Origin: Candidatus Thorarchaeota archaeon
GTDB taxonomy: Archaea > Asgardarchaeota > Thorarchaeia > Thorarchaeales > Thorarchaeaceae
NCBI GenBank assembly: GCA_011364905.1
Contig: RDNZ01000033.1
Coordinates: 1 to 30,887 of the forward strand
Reading direction: 5' to 3'
DNA: 30,887 bases
Positions 1 through 8,562 of the stretch are shown piece by piece (positions within the stretch are counted from its first letter, which is position 1; each line of letters starts with the position of its first letter). The position numbers and the translations under genes are program-made. The notes beneath the pieces are model-generated. The model was not told the DNA's origin and ran no database searches. It saw only the letters and a list, made by a program, of their open reading frames with translations.

Positions 1-686
1 GATTCAACAAGTGGCGCATCTGGGTCTGCTTTTGGCATACCTAGAGTTGAAACCTGTGCTAGGTCAGCAATCTCCATACTCACCTGGTCAATCATACCCG
101 CATGAAACACCTTGCTTTCGAAATCCATCCACTCTCCTTCTTGACCTGTTGCAGTGGCTGAGAGGGTATGAGTCAGTTGAGTTTCGCAATAGTCGAGAAT
201 AATGCTAGCGTCTTCCAAGGTTCTTGGACGCATACCCGTGACTAGACGAGAAACAGGAGCTTGTATTTCCGTACCGGGTCCTTGAACAAGCTCTGTCCTA
301 GGTCCGAACTCCTCAATTAGATGATCTATCAAATGTCTCGAGTGCGCTAGATGTGCTGAGCAACCCATATTGGCTGCTGTAAGTACAATTCTCGCTTGCT
401 GGTCTTTGATGTCCAGTCCACATGCCCCTTTCTTGTCACCCGAAAGGTCACATTTGCCCATTGTACAAAGACAACAGACCTGACAATAAGGCATGTATGA
501 AGGCTGGTATTTCGATAATAATTTGTAATCCCACGAACGGAGCGTTGTTGGACCAGGCATGGGGGTTGGACCCATAGGTTCATCCCATTCATCATCGACT
601 ATAGTACCGATGCGGACCTCAAGTCCTTTGAATCTACCAAGTCCAGTATCTGCTTCGTCCGCCTTGAAGTAAGCTTTCTTCTTCAT
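1..686 (-). CDS. cdhA: CO dehydrogenase/acetyl-CoA synthase complex alpha subunit (5' part; runs off the left edge)
   Basis: Manual translation from ATG at 686 stays open to position 1: MKKKAYFK...EPMGPTPMPGPTTLRSWDYKLL...YMPYCQVCCLCTMGKCDLSGDKKGACGLD...AHLAHSRHLIDHLIEEFG...TGQEG...FESKVFHAGMID. These are typical archaeal CdhA N-terminal motifs. The ORF track misses it because there is no stop in the window. Confidence 0.95.
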   Translation of the reverse strand, partial: MKKKAYFKADEADTGLGRFKGLEVRIGTIVDDEWDEPMGPTPMPGPTTLRSWDYKLLSKYQPSYMPYCQVCCLCTMGKCDLSGDKKGACGLDIKDQQARIVLTAANMGCSAHLAHSRHLIDHLIEEFGPRTELVQGPGTEIQAPVSRLVTGMRPRTLEDASIILDYCETQLTHTLSATATGQEGEWMDFESKVFHAGMIDQVSMEIADLAQVSTLGMPKADPDAPLVE

Positions 687-864
687 GCTACGTTCAGTTC
701 CTGTGGGTGGTAAAAAGCCCGAACACATTGCTGCATAATAAGGTTACGAATCATCCACTAAACTATGTTAATATGTACACAACGAAAAGCTAAGCCTATA
801 AACTACTTTGTTTAGGAAAAGAAAACACATCTTTTCTTTTGCTTTCAATTCGTAAGTGAACCGA

Positions 865-1662
865 CTAATTGTTCGTTTCAGCCACAAGACGACTCTTAAT
901 CTCGCGGATAGCCCTCATTCCTTTTGACTCAGGGTCAAGATCGATTGGAGCAACTCCTTTCCGATCCGCTTGCTTTATTGTGTCATCGAGTGGGACGATT
1001 CCTAACAATGGAATGTCCTCTTTCTTGACCCAAGTACGGATCATCTCTTCATCATCAGAGGATGCTGCTTTGTTGCCTATAGCATAGACTCGTCCAACAT
1101 CTATGTCCTGAGCAAGGGTCCTGATTTTTGCGAGTATGTCAAGAGATCGACGACCTGGTTCAGCTACAACTAGTAGTGCGTCCATCCCCCTTGTCGTCCC
1201 ACGTCCAAGATTCTCAATACCTGCATCCATATCCATCACAAAGGCTTCATCAGACCCAAGCACTAGATAACGCATGAGTGTCTTGAGAAGTGTTGCAGAT
1301 GGGCACATGCATCCTGAACCTCCAATCTCAACAGTGCCTGCGACTAGAAGCTTCACATTATCCGGGCCCTCAATGGCGAATTTTTCTGAAAGGTCATCCA
1401 CCCGGGGATTCAGCTTGAAAAAGCCACTGTAGCCTTTTGCTCCCTCAATCTGTAGTCGTTCCTCAACAAGAGTTTCATTCTGTGTCAATGGAACTATTTT
1501 CTTAGCCACATCCGCTGGAATTCCGAGTGCTGACCAAAGCGTATAACTCGGGTCTGCATCAACTGCTAGAATCTTGAGGCCATCTCTGCCGAGTAGCCTT
1601 GCTAAGGTTCCAGCAATAGTCGTTTTTCCAACTCCTCCTTTTCCTGCAACAGCAACCTTCAT
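865..1662 (-). CDS. cooC: CODH nickel-insertion ATPase, CooC/AcsF family
   Basis: Deviant Walker A GKGGVGKT, DADP, GCMCP (CxC Ni site), DMDAGIENLGRG; adjacent to cdhA. Confidence 0.92.
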   Translation of the reverse strand: MKVAVAGKGGVGKTTIAGTLARLLGRDGLKILAVDADPSYTLWSALGIPADVAKKIVPLTQNETLVEERLQIEGAKGYSGFFKLNPRVDDLSEKFAIEGPDNVKLLVAGTVEIGGSGCMCPSATLLKTLMRYLVLGSDEAFVMDMDAGIENLGRGTTRGMDALLVVAEPGRRSLDILAKIRTLAQDIDVGRVYAIGNKAASSDDEEMIRTWVKKEDIPLLGIVPLDDTIKQADRKGVAPIDLDPESKGMRAIREIKSRLVAETNN

Positions 1663-1683
1663 TTTCCTAGCGCCTCACTACGA

Positions 1684-2862
1684 TTACTTCTTGCGGACCA
1701 ACTCAGTCAGTTTCCGTATGGTTTGACTGATTGTGGCATCTTCTTTACTTGCCTTCCACTTCTTGAATTCCATTTCATTCATGTCCACTCTTGTCATTGT
1801 CCCTGTTCCCGCAACAATAGTGTCTGCTGTGTGGATCGAAACTGCAGCCCGTTTATCGGTCAGTCCTCCGGGCGGTCCAACATAGACAATATGAGACTTT
1901 GCAAGTGTCTTTGCGGCAGGACCTGGTAGATGCGCTAAAGCATCATCAGCGACGATGAGAGCTGTATCAAATTCTCCCGAAGATATTCTCTGAAGTGAAT
2001 GCACACCTGATACGGCCTTTTCTACTCCCATGGTATTTGATTGCACAAACATCGGAAGGGCATATGCTTCTTTTCCGTTATTTCTTTGAACCTCGACAAG
2101 TTTTGCGATTTTCGTTAGATTCGTTTCTTGATTTCCGGAGTTAATCACTCCACTTCCATAGAATATAACAGTACAATCTGCTTTCCGGAACCCATTTACA
2201 AACCCAACTAGTTCGCTACCAGGAATTCCTAGAACTTTGTCCTTTATTGAGGACTTCTCCTCGAGCTCCGATATTATCACATCAAGCAGGTCTGCGTCTT
2301 TTCCGCCAGGTATAACGAGTCTGTGGTTTGCCATCTTCATAGTTTCAGTCTGGCGGACGTCAACCACACCAATTGTGCGACTCTCAATTCCCTCAGGTAT
2401 TTTTTCCCCCCGTGGAAGTACAGCGAATCTACTAGGGTGTCGATGCAGACTCTCAGATGGGTCGGATCCCCAGTAAATAATGAAGTCACCATTGTTCCTG
2501 ACATATTCAAGGTCTATGCCAAGTCCTGAGGCATTGATGTCGTGCTCCATGACTTGTGTGGCACCTAAATCAATACTTGACGCCATGTATCCATTGAGGA
2601 GCGATGATAGTTCAATCCCTTCTTTGATGGCTTCGTTTGTTGCATGAGTCCATCCATAAACAAGTATGTTCTCACCAGTTGTCAAAATATCTGCGGCTTT
2701 CTCAAAGTCCTTCTCTGCTTGTTTCGTCTTTTGTAGTGCAGCTTTCTCCAGATGGGTATGACCTAGTGTACATAATCCCAGTGAATTGACGGTCTTTCCT
2801 GAAACTTCTGCGGCCACATCATCGCATAACAAGGAACATCCATTACAGACAATACTCTCCAC
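1684..2862 (-). CDS. FwdB/FmdB-like protein (formylmethanofuran dehydrogenase subunit B homologue) lacking catalytic/pterin residues
   Basis: N-terminal CNGCSLLCDD...LCTLG [4Fe-4S] motif, YGW, YWGSDP..HRH.SRF, VVDVRQTET, FYGSG, AHLP and GTMTRVD are collinear with FwdB. Likely start is GTG at 2862, after a GGTGG SD and the upstream stop, rather than 2913. Confidence 0.85.
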   Translation of the reverse strand: MESIVCNGCSLLCDDVAAEVSGKTVNSLGLCTLGHTHLEKAALQKTKQAEKDFEKAADILTTGENILVYGWTHATNEAIKEGIELSSLLNGYMASSIDLGATQVMEHDINASGLGIDLEYVRNNGDFIIYWGSDPSESLHRHPSRFAVLPRGEKIPEGIESRTIGVVDVRQTETMKMANHRLVIPGGKDADLLDVIISELEEKSSIKDKVLGIPGSELVGFVNGFRKADCTVIFYGSGVINSGNQETNLTKIAKLVEVQRNNGKEAYALPMFVQSNTMGVEKAVSGVHSLQRISSGEFDTALIVADDALAHLPGPAAKTLAKSHIVYVGPPGGLTDKRAAVSIHTADTIVAGTGTMTRVDMNEMEFKKWKASKEDATISQTIRKLTELVRKK

Positions 2863-2872
2863 TCTGAGCCAC

Positions 2873-3331
2873 CTACCAGATCTCAATAGCGTCAGTACAG
2901 CAATACTGTTCACAAACTCGGCAGTTCAGCCTGTCAGGAGGGAACCTGCGGCATCTCTCGAGATTAATTATCTTGGAAACTCCGTTTTCCACTCTAAAAA
3001 CTGTATTCGTACTCATAGCTGCTTTCCCTTGACTTGTGGGCGGCTCTGCAGCAACATCTACAGGACACACGACAACACAGTTGTTGCAACCGGTGCATTT
3101 ACTCTCATCAAGTTTGATTCCGGTGGCCTCAGCTGAGAGCATTGGAGCAACCATTTCTCTGAGTTTTTCTAGGTTCTTTTCGAAACCCGCTTCCAAAAGA
3201 GGAGGACATTCGTCGGGTGAGATATCACCCAATGCGAGTTTCGTAGCAAAGGCCATGCATGTTTTTGGTTCACAAAGTCGGCAGTTTGTCTTTGGTAGCA
3301 GGTTGTAGAGTTCCATTGGATTGAGTTTCAC
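2873..3331 (-). CDS. FeS-domain (PF04060-type, CdhE/AcsC/RnfB N-terminus-like) fused to an FwdG-like 2x[4Fe-4S] ferredoxin
   Basis: LLPKTNCRLCEPKTCMAFATKL...ECPPL followed by CTGCNNCVVVCPV...SQGK...VENGV...CRR...NCRVCEQYCCTDAI. Confidence 0.8.
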   Translation of the reverse strand: MKLNPMELYNLLPKTNCRLCEPKTCMAFATKLALGDISPDECPPLLEAGFEKNLEKLREMVAPMLSAEATGIKLDESKCTGCNNCVVVCPVDVAAEPPTSQGKAAMSTNTVFRVENGVSKIINLERCRRFPPDRLNCRVCEQYCCTDAIEIW

Positions 3332-3377
3332 TGTTTTGTCTCCGTCATAGCTAGATCATTGTTTCTAGGTAGAGCAT

Positions 3378-3425
3378 CAAGATGTATTTCGGTATATAGC
3401 ACAAGATATTTCCGGTATGACACAA
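3378..3425. repeat. Imperfect tandem duplication in the divergent promoter region between the fwdG-like gene and hdrA-mvhD
   Basis: CAAGATGTATTTCGGTATATAGCA (3378-3401) followed directly by CAAGATATTTCCGGTATGACA-CAA (3402-3425). Confidence 0.45.
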
Positions 3426-3486
3426 AACGTAACAAGTTGGATTATACAGCTTTCCTTATGGAACGCTTAACAGTACGGTGTAGCTT

Positions 3487-5919
3487 GTGAGCCATAGCAA
3501 AAAAACAAAGAAAAAGAACAGCAAAGGAGACAAACTAGCTGTCTTCCTATGCCGCTGTGGGTCGAATATTGCAGATACCATAGATATTGATGCACTGAGG
3601 AGCAAATACGAATCTGAAGGCATCCCTCTTGTTGATGTAGATGATCATCTCTGTTCAGACCAGGGTGTAAGTGATCTAGTAGAGAAGGTCAAAAAGAGTA
3701 AGGCGAAACAAGTTGTCATCGCTGGATGCTCACCTCTTCTACACAGGGAACTGTTCTCAGATGCAGCGAAGGAGGCTGGGATTAATCCAGGTCATCTTCA
3801 CATGGCAAACATTCGCGAGCAGTGCAGTTGGGTTCACTATGATGATCCGGAAGCTGCCACGAAGAAGGCTGCTGCAATCATCGATACTGAAATTGCTAAG
3901 GTACGCGGGTCGAATCCAATCCCAACTAATAGCCTCCCAATAACGCAGCGAGTCATGGTAGTTGGTGGAGGGGTCGCAGGAATAACGAGCGCATTAGAGC
4001 TTGCTGATGCGGGAATTGAAACAGTTATCGTTGAAAGAGAAGGATTTCTAGGCGGCCACATGGCAAAGTGGGACAAGCTTTTCCCAACGTTCGATTGTAG
4101 CATTTGTATTCTTGGACCGTTGATGACAAGACTATCTCGTCATGATAATATTCGAATAATGACCTTGGCAGAGGTGACTGATGTCATAGGTAATGTGGGA
4201 CACTATCGAGTAACAGTCAAACAAAGACCGCGCTATGTGGATATTGAATCATGTACGGGCTGCAACAGGTGCATTGAGGTTTGCCCTGTTGAGGTAGCTG
4301 ATGAATACAATAGTGGACTAGGAGACCGAAGAGCCATGGTGCGTCCCACTGTTGATGCAGTTCCAATAGCGCCATATATTGATCCAGATACTTGTATCGG
4401 TTGCCAATCATGTGCCGGAGTATGCGAACCAAAGTCCTTGAGATTTGATGATGCAGAAAAGACCGAGATAATTGACGTAGGCGCTGTTATACTTGCAACC
4501 GGTTTCAAGCCATTCAATCCCACGATAGTCGAAGAGTTTGGTTATGGTAGAATTCCGGACGTGATTACTTCCCTGGAGCTGGAACGGCTAATCAACCCGG
4601 GAGGACCAAGCGGCGGCAAACTTGTCCGCCCCTCAAACGGTAAGCGTCCACGAAACATAGTCTTTGTATCATGTGTTGGAAGTAGATCTCACAGATTCAA
4701 CCGGCCATACTGCAGTAGGGTTTGCTGTACAGCTGCTGTGAAAGAGGTGATACAGGTTAAACAACAGCTGCCTGACTGCAACGCATACGTGTTCTATACA
4801 GATATACGCACATTTGGCAAAGGACAAGAGGAGCTATATGTCCGCGCTGCAGATGAGTACAAAATCAACTTCATCAGAGGGACAATTGGAGAGGTCGTTC
4901 AGGACCCTGTTACTGAAAAAGTCACAATTAGGGCAGAGGATACACTTTTGCATCGCCTGCTTGAGTTTGAGGCAGATATGGTCGTTCTCATGGTTGGTAT
5001 GGATGCGGAACCAAGTAATGCAGCCCTCTCTCGATTGTTCAAGACCCCATTGGATGAGAATGGATTCTTTCTTGAGCTACATCCGAAATTGGGTCCAAGC
5101 AGAACTCACTCCAAGGGAGTGTTTCTTGCTGGTGTCTCTCAAGGACCAAAAGATATCGCAGACACTGTTGCGCATGCAGGCCTGGCCGCCTCCAAGGTGA
5201 AAACCCTTCTTGCATCCGGTGAAATCATCACGGACATTTGCGCTCCTTCTCTTGATGAGGAGCTTTGTATCAGTTGCAGACTATGTGAACGAGTATGCAA
5301 TCCAAAGGCAATAAAATTCAATGATCTTCACTATCCCGAGGTCGATCCAGCCGCTTGCCGCGGCTGCGGTGCCTGTGCTGCTGCCTGTCCCTCTGAGGCA
5401 CTCGACTTGCCATGCTTGACTAATGAGCAACTTGAGAGTGCAACAAAAGCAGCAGTTGAATTCAACCCCTTGAAACCAGCTATCGTTGGATACCTCTGTC
5501 GATGGTGTGCCTATAGCGCAGCTGACAGGGCCGGTACAGCCCGCATGAGATATCCTCCAAATGTCATCCCAATCCAAGTACCTTGCACTGGCCGCCTCAA
5601 TGTCGATGCATTACTCACAGCTTTTGAGGCTGGTGCTGATGGTGTTGTAGTTATGGGTTGCCATGTCCAAGACTGTCACTATAGATCTGGTGCACGTTAT
5701 GCAAAAGAGAGAACTGACAACATGCGCGAAATACTCAAGGCCGCTGGAATCGACCAACGCAGATTGTATTTTGGCAGCGCGTCCGCGTCCGAAGCAGACA
5801 GTTTTGCCGAACAAATAACTCGGTTTGTGAATGATATAGTCAAGCTCGGCCCACTGGGAACTGAGACTCCAAAGAACTTGATTGGAAAACAAAGTGCTGA
5901 GGAAGTGACTGGAGGGTGA
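3487..5919 (+). CDS. hdrA: Heterodisulfide reductase subunit A fused to a C-terminal MvhD (HdrA-MvhD)
   Basis: VFLCRCGSNI, GCSP, NIREQCSWVH, VVGGGVAG (FAD), FPTFDCSIC, ferredoxin insert, LELER, CVGSR...YCSRVCC, GPKDI and C-terminal ferredoxin; then the MvhD domain YLCRWCAYSAAD...VPCTGR...GADGV...GCHVQDCHY. Confidence 0.95.
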   Translation: MSHSKKTKKKNSKGDKLAVFLCRCGSNIADTIDIDALRSKYESEGIPLVDVDDHLCSDQGVSDLVEKVKKSKAKQVVIAGCSPLLHRELFSDAAKEAGINPGHLHMANIREQCSWVHYDDPEAATKKAAAIIDTEIAKVRGSNPIPTNSLPITQRVMVVGGGVAGITSALELADAGIETVIVEREGFLGGHMAKWDKLFPTFDCSICILGPLMTRLSRHDNIRIMTLAEVTDVIGNVGHYRVTVKQRPRYVDIESCTGCNRCIEVCPVEVADEYNSGLGDRRAMVRPTVDAVPIAPYIDPDTCIGCQSCAGVCEPKSLRFDDAEKTEIIDVGAVILATGFKPFNPTIVEEFGYGRIPDVITSLELERLINPGGPSGGKLVRPSNGKRPRNIVFVSCVGSRSHRFNRPYCSRVCCTAAVKEVIQVKQQLPDCNAYVFYTDIRTFGKGQEELYVRAADEYKINFIRGTIGEVVQDPVTEKVTIRAEDTLLHRLLEFEADMVVLMVGMDAEPSNAALSRLFKTPLDENGFFLELHPKLGPSRTHSKGVFLAGVSQGPKDIADTVAHAGLAASKVKTLLASGEIITDICAPSLDEELCISCRLCERVCNPKAIKFNDLHYPEVDPAACRGCGACAAACPSEALDLPCLTNEQLESATKAAVEFNPLKPAIVGYLCRWCAYSAADRAGTARMRYPPNVIPIQVPCTGRLNVDALLTAFEAGADGVVVMGCHVQDCHYRSGARYAKERTDNMREILKAAGIDQRRLYFGSASASEADSFAEQITRFVNDIVKLGPLGTETPKNLIGKQSAEEVTGG

Positions 5920-5923
5920 AGCA

Positions 5924-7279
5924 ATGGACAAGCCGGGAGTTGTGATTGGGGAGAAGCCAGTTGTGTCCATGGACGTTGTTGATGACAAGATTCGCTTGAC
6001 TTGGAAGACTTCTCTTCTCAAAAGAACTCTTGACCACGAGATTTCCAAATGTGTCGGCTGCAGTCTCTGTCTACCTTGTCCATGGGATGCTATCACCCTA
6101 GGACCTGTTCAGGAAACTGCTTCAGGTAGAATCGAAGGAGCTCCCTTGGTCAATGTGGACCCTGATGCTTGCACATTCTGCGGGCTTTGCGACTCTTCGT
6201 GTATTTTTGGGGCCTTCGACGCCAAGTATGAAGGTGAAGGAGCAGTCAATGAGTTTGTCAGAATTTCGGGAACTCACGAGATTGATGAAGAGAAATGTGC
6301 TCCATGCTTGCTGTGTGCCAAGGTTTGTCCAACTGACTCTCTGTCGGTGGAGGTCAAGGTGGACCACAAGAAGGATCTTGTCACATACGAGGGTGAGGAA
6401 CTTGCAGAGGGTACTATCAAGATAGACGAGGACAAATGCTCGTATTGTGGTCTATGTGAACTCCTATGCCCGGAAGTTATCAAGATTTTTTGGTCTGACG
6501 ATAAGCCCAAGCCCCCTGACTTTAGGCCTGCAGTTGGAATCAGAGCCGATTTGGACTATTGTGACTACTGTGGACTGTGCCAAGATATTTGCCCAGATGA
6601 TGCAATTGAAGTCAACTGCACTGAGTCAAGCGCTCGAGAGATAAAGCAGCCAACAATTTCTGGAAAACTCACGCATAATGATGAGACATGTGTCAAATGT
6701 GGATTATGCGCAACTGTATGTCCTTATGAGGCTCTTAAGGTAGAGAAACCCTTTACTGGAGAAGTCAAGACTCCGCGACTAGAGAAGTGCGATCCCACAG
6801 GATGTAATAACTGCTTCAACATCTGTCCAGTTGATGCTATCTATCCAACAGGAACCGCCGACAAGATTGATGTTCTTGATCACTGTGTCTACTGTGGTGC
6901 CTGCGAGCACTCATGCCCATATGATGTACTGGATGTGCAACGAGAAGGTTACATACTGGATGAGCTTGAGTGTGAGCGAGAATGGGAGAGAGCACGCAGA
7001 CTCTTCTTTGATGCTGTAGTGGGCAAAGATGCACCACCTAGCGGACTCTTTGAACGGGAGATATCTGTTGAGCCTATTGAGAGGATTCAAGCGAAAGCCT
7101 CCGCTATAGAAGGCTGGGACTCCGAGGATGGTCAGCGACTCACCGCTATGATGTCCGCTAAACAACTTAGAAACCTAATGAAGAAAAACCCTCAACTTCA
7201 CCTTCAATTTGAGCGAGGCAACACAGCCAAGGTTGTTAAGAAAATCAAGGACTCTCAAAAAGAGCATCAAGAGGAGTGA
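5924..7279 (+). CDS. fwdF: FwdF/FmdF-like polyferredoxin (8 ferredoxin-type Cys motifs) with a C-terminal extension
   Basis: Eight CxxCxxC...C-type motifs; CPWDAITLGPV as in the FwdF N-terminus; starts 4 nt after the hdrA stop with a GGAGGGTGA SD. Confidence 0.8.
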   Translation: MDKPGVVIGEKPVVSMDVVDDKIRLTWKTSLLKRTLDHEISKCVGCSLCLPCPWDAITLGPVQETASGRIEGAPLVNVDPDACTFCGLCDSSCIFGAFDAKYEGEGAVNEFVRISGTHEIDEEKCAPCLLCAKVCPTDSLSVEVKVDHKKDLVTYEGEELAEGTIKIDEDKCSYCGLCELLCPEVIKIFWSDDKPKPPDFRPAVGIRADLDYCDYCGLCQDICPDDAIEVNCTESSAREIKQPTISGKLTHNDETCVKCGLCATVCPYEALKVEKPFTGEVKTPRLEKCDPTGCNNCFNICPVDAIYPTGTADKIDVLDHCVYCGACEHSCPYDVLDVQREGYILDELECEREWERARRLFFDAVVGKDAPPSGLFEREISVEPIERIQAKASAIEGWDSEDGQRLTAMMSAKQLRNLMKKNPQLHLQFERGNTAKVVKKIKDSQKEHQEE

Positions 7280-7643
7280 TTTCATCACTACTTCTAGTGA
7301 CTGTCACTGAAATTCCATGTAGTTGGGGTGGAGATTCGTCTTTTGGGATCTCGATGAGAGCTAATGCCCATGGGCCATAGGGTATGACTGCAATTCCCTC
7401 TGCAACTTTTTCATCACCATAGGCAGCAAGCACGATCTCACCAATCTTTGATTTGACACTTGCATGGCCGCCATCTTTGAGACCTAACCTTTGTTGATCT
7501 CCCTTGCTTAGTCGCACTCTTGCTGCACTCTCAGAAAACTCCTTTGAGAGTATATCTTTGGCAGCTTCCACATCAGCCTCAAATGAATGCGCAACTACTA
7601 GTTTTAGCTCCACATTTGGGAATAGAAAGTCACCTAGTGCCAT
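7245..7643 (-). CDS. FwdD/FmdD-like molybdopterin-dinucleotide-binding-fold protein, degenerate
   Basis: SKEFSESAA..LSKGDQQRLGLKDG..VKSKIGEIVL...EGIAVIPYGPWA...GISVTV matches FwdD. Likely start is ATG 7643. The 3' end overlaps fwdF convergently by 35 nt. Confidence 0.78.
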   Translation of the reverse strand: MALGDFLFPNVELKLVVAHSFEADVEAAKDILSKEFSESAARVRLSKGDQQRLGLKDGGHASVKSKIGEIVLAAYGDEKVAEGIAVIPYGPWALALIEIPKDESPPQLHGISVTVTRSSDEITPLDALFESP

Positions 7644-7776
7644 GGCATTGACGTCCAGAGGAATTCGTGATTTATGCGCCATATTATGTTTCTGCTATCG
7701 CCCTTTTCTTTTGGGCCGCAATCAGCACCCTTTTTTAACATTGGCACCTCAGAGAGATAATTTATTGGTGGTTTCC

Positions 7777-8559
7777 TTGCGAATTGGCACTATATACGGC
7801 GACGTGTTCGCAGAACGAGTCATTGGAAATCTAATCAATTTCAAGTCTTTCTGCGAAGGTTGTGAGCCAGTGTGTGCCGAGTGTAGGAGTAGCTACGGTT
7901 CTTTCGTTGGGGATGTCGTTGGAATTCACCCCACTGATCCTCCCTCGCCCACAATGATTGAAGACCCTGAAGAGCTCATCAAGAATCTGAACCTAACGCC
8001 CTGTGACCTTCTTCTCATCGTTGCCATACATCATGACATATTGGCAGCAGTCGACTTACTTGTTGAAGCCACTGGTGCCAGAGCCGTTCTTGTGCCAATA
8101 GAGGATCCGACATGGGTTCCTCCTGGCTTACGAGCACAGGTCAAAGAAACTTTGGACAAACTAGGTATTGAATCCGCATTTCCCAAGCCCTTCTGTACAC
8201 TTGAGCCTGGAGAAGGGAAATTGATTGACGAATTCATGAAGACTTACAAGATTGGAAAGCCAATTCATTACGCAGACATGAATGGCGATGTGATAGCTGA
8301 AATAGGACCTGTGAGATCTGCGCCATGTGGTTGCACATGGTATGTCAGTCAGAAAATCAGGGGCAAGTCAATCAGTGATACGGATGCCTTATTTGATGAG
8401 ATTGCCAAGGCACATCACTCATACCCATGTACTGCATCCATGGCGAAAGACCGAGAATACGGAGATGCCCTTCTTCATGTCGCAGGATATAATGCCAGAT
8501 ATGCTGTCTGTGATGCTGTCGGCTTGAAGGAATGCAAGATGTCCACTGAGAAAGAATAA
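7777..8559 (+). CDS. DUF166 family protein (Cys-rich, probable metal/Fe-S binding)
   Basis: FAERVIGNL, FCEGCEPVCAECR, IEDPEELI, HHDI, FPKPFCTL, RSAPCGCTWYV, HHSYPCTASM, LHVAG. Real start probably TTG 7777 (GGTGG SD) or GTG 7768, not 7504. Confidence 0.8.
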   Translation: MRIGTIYGDVFAERVIGNLINFKSFCEGCEPVCAECRSSYGSFVGDVVGIHPTDPPSPTMIEDPEELIKNLNLTPCDLLLIVAIHHDILAAVDLLVEATGARAVLVPIEDPTWVPPGLRAQVKETLDKLGIESAFPKPFCTLEPGEGKLIDEFMKTYKIGKPIHYADMNGDVIAEIGPVRSAPCGCTWYVSQKIRGKSISDTDALFDEIAKAHHSYPCTASMAKDREYGDALLHVAGYNARYAVCDAVGLKECKMSTEKE

Positions 8560-8562
8560 CAG

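Noticed and set aside
11-595. ORFs 11..202 (+) and 347..595 (-)
   Set aside because: Both are shadows of the cdhA frame.
1684-5919. Selenocysteine recoding in FwdB, HdrA or MvhD (known selenoprotein families)
   Set aside because: There is no in-frame TGA in these frames, the equivalent positions are Cys or Gly, and I saw no convincing SECIS.
7504-7776. N-terminal 91-aa extension of the DUF166 ORF
   Set aside because: It overlaps the fwdD-like gene on the opposite strand and its promoter; family-like sequence and an SD begin near 7768-7777.
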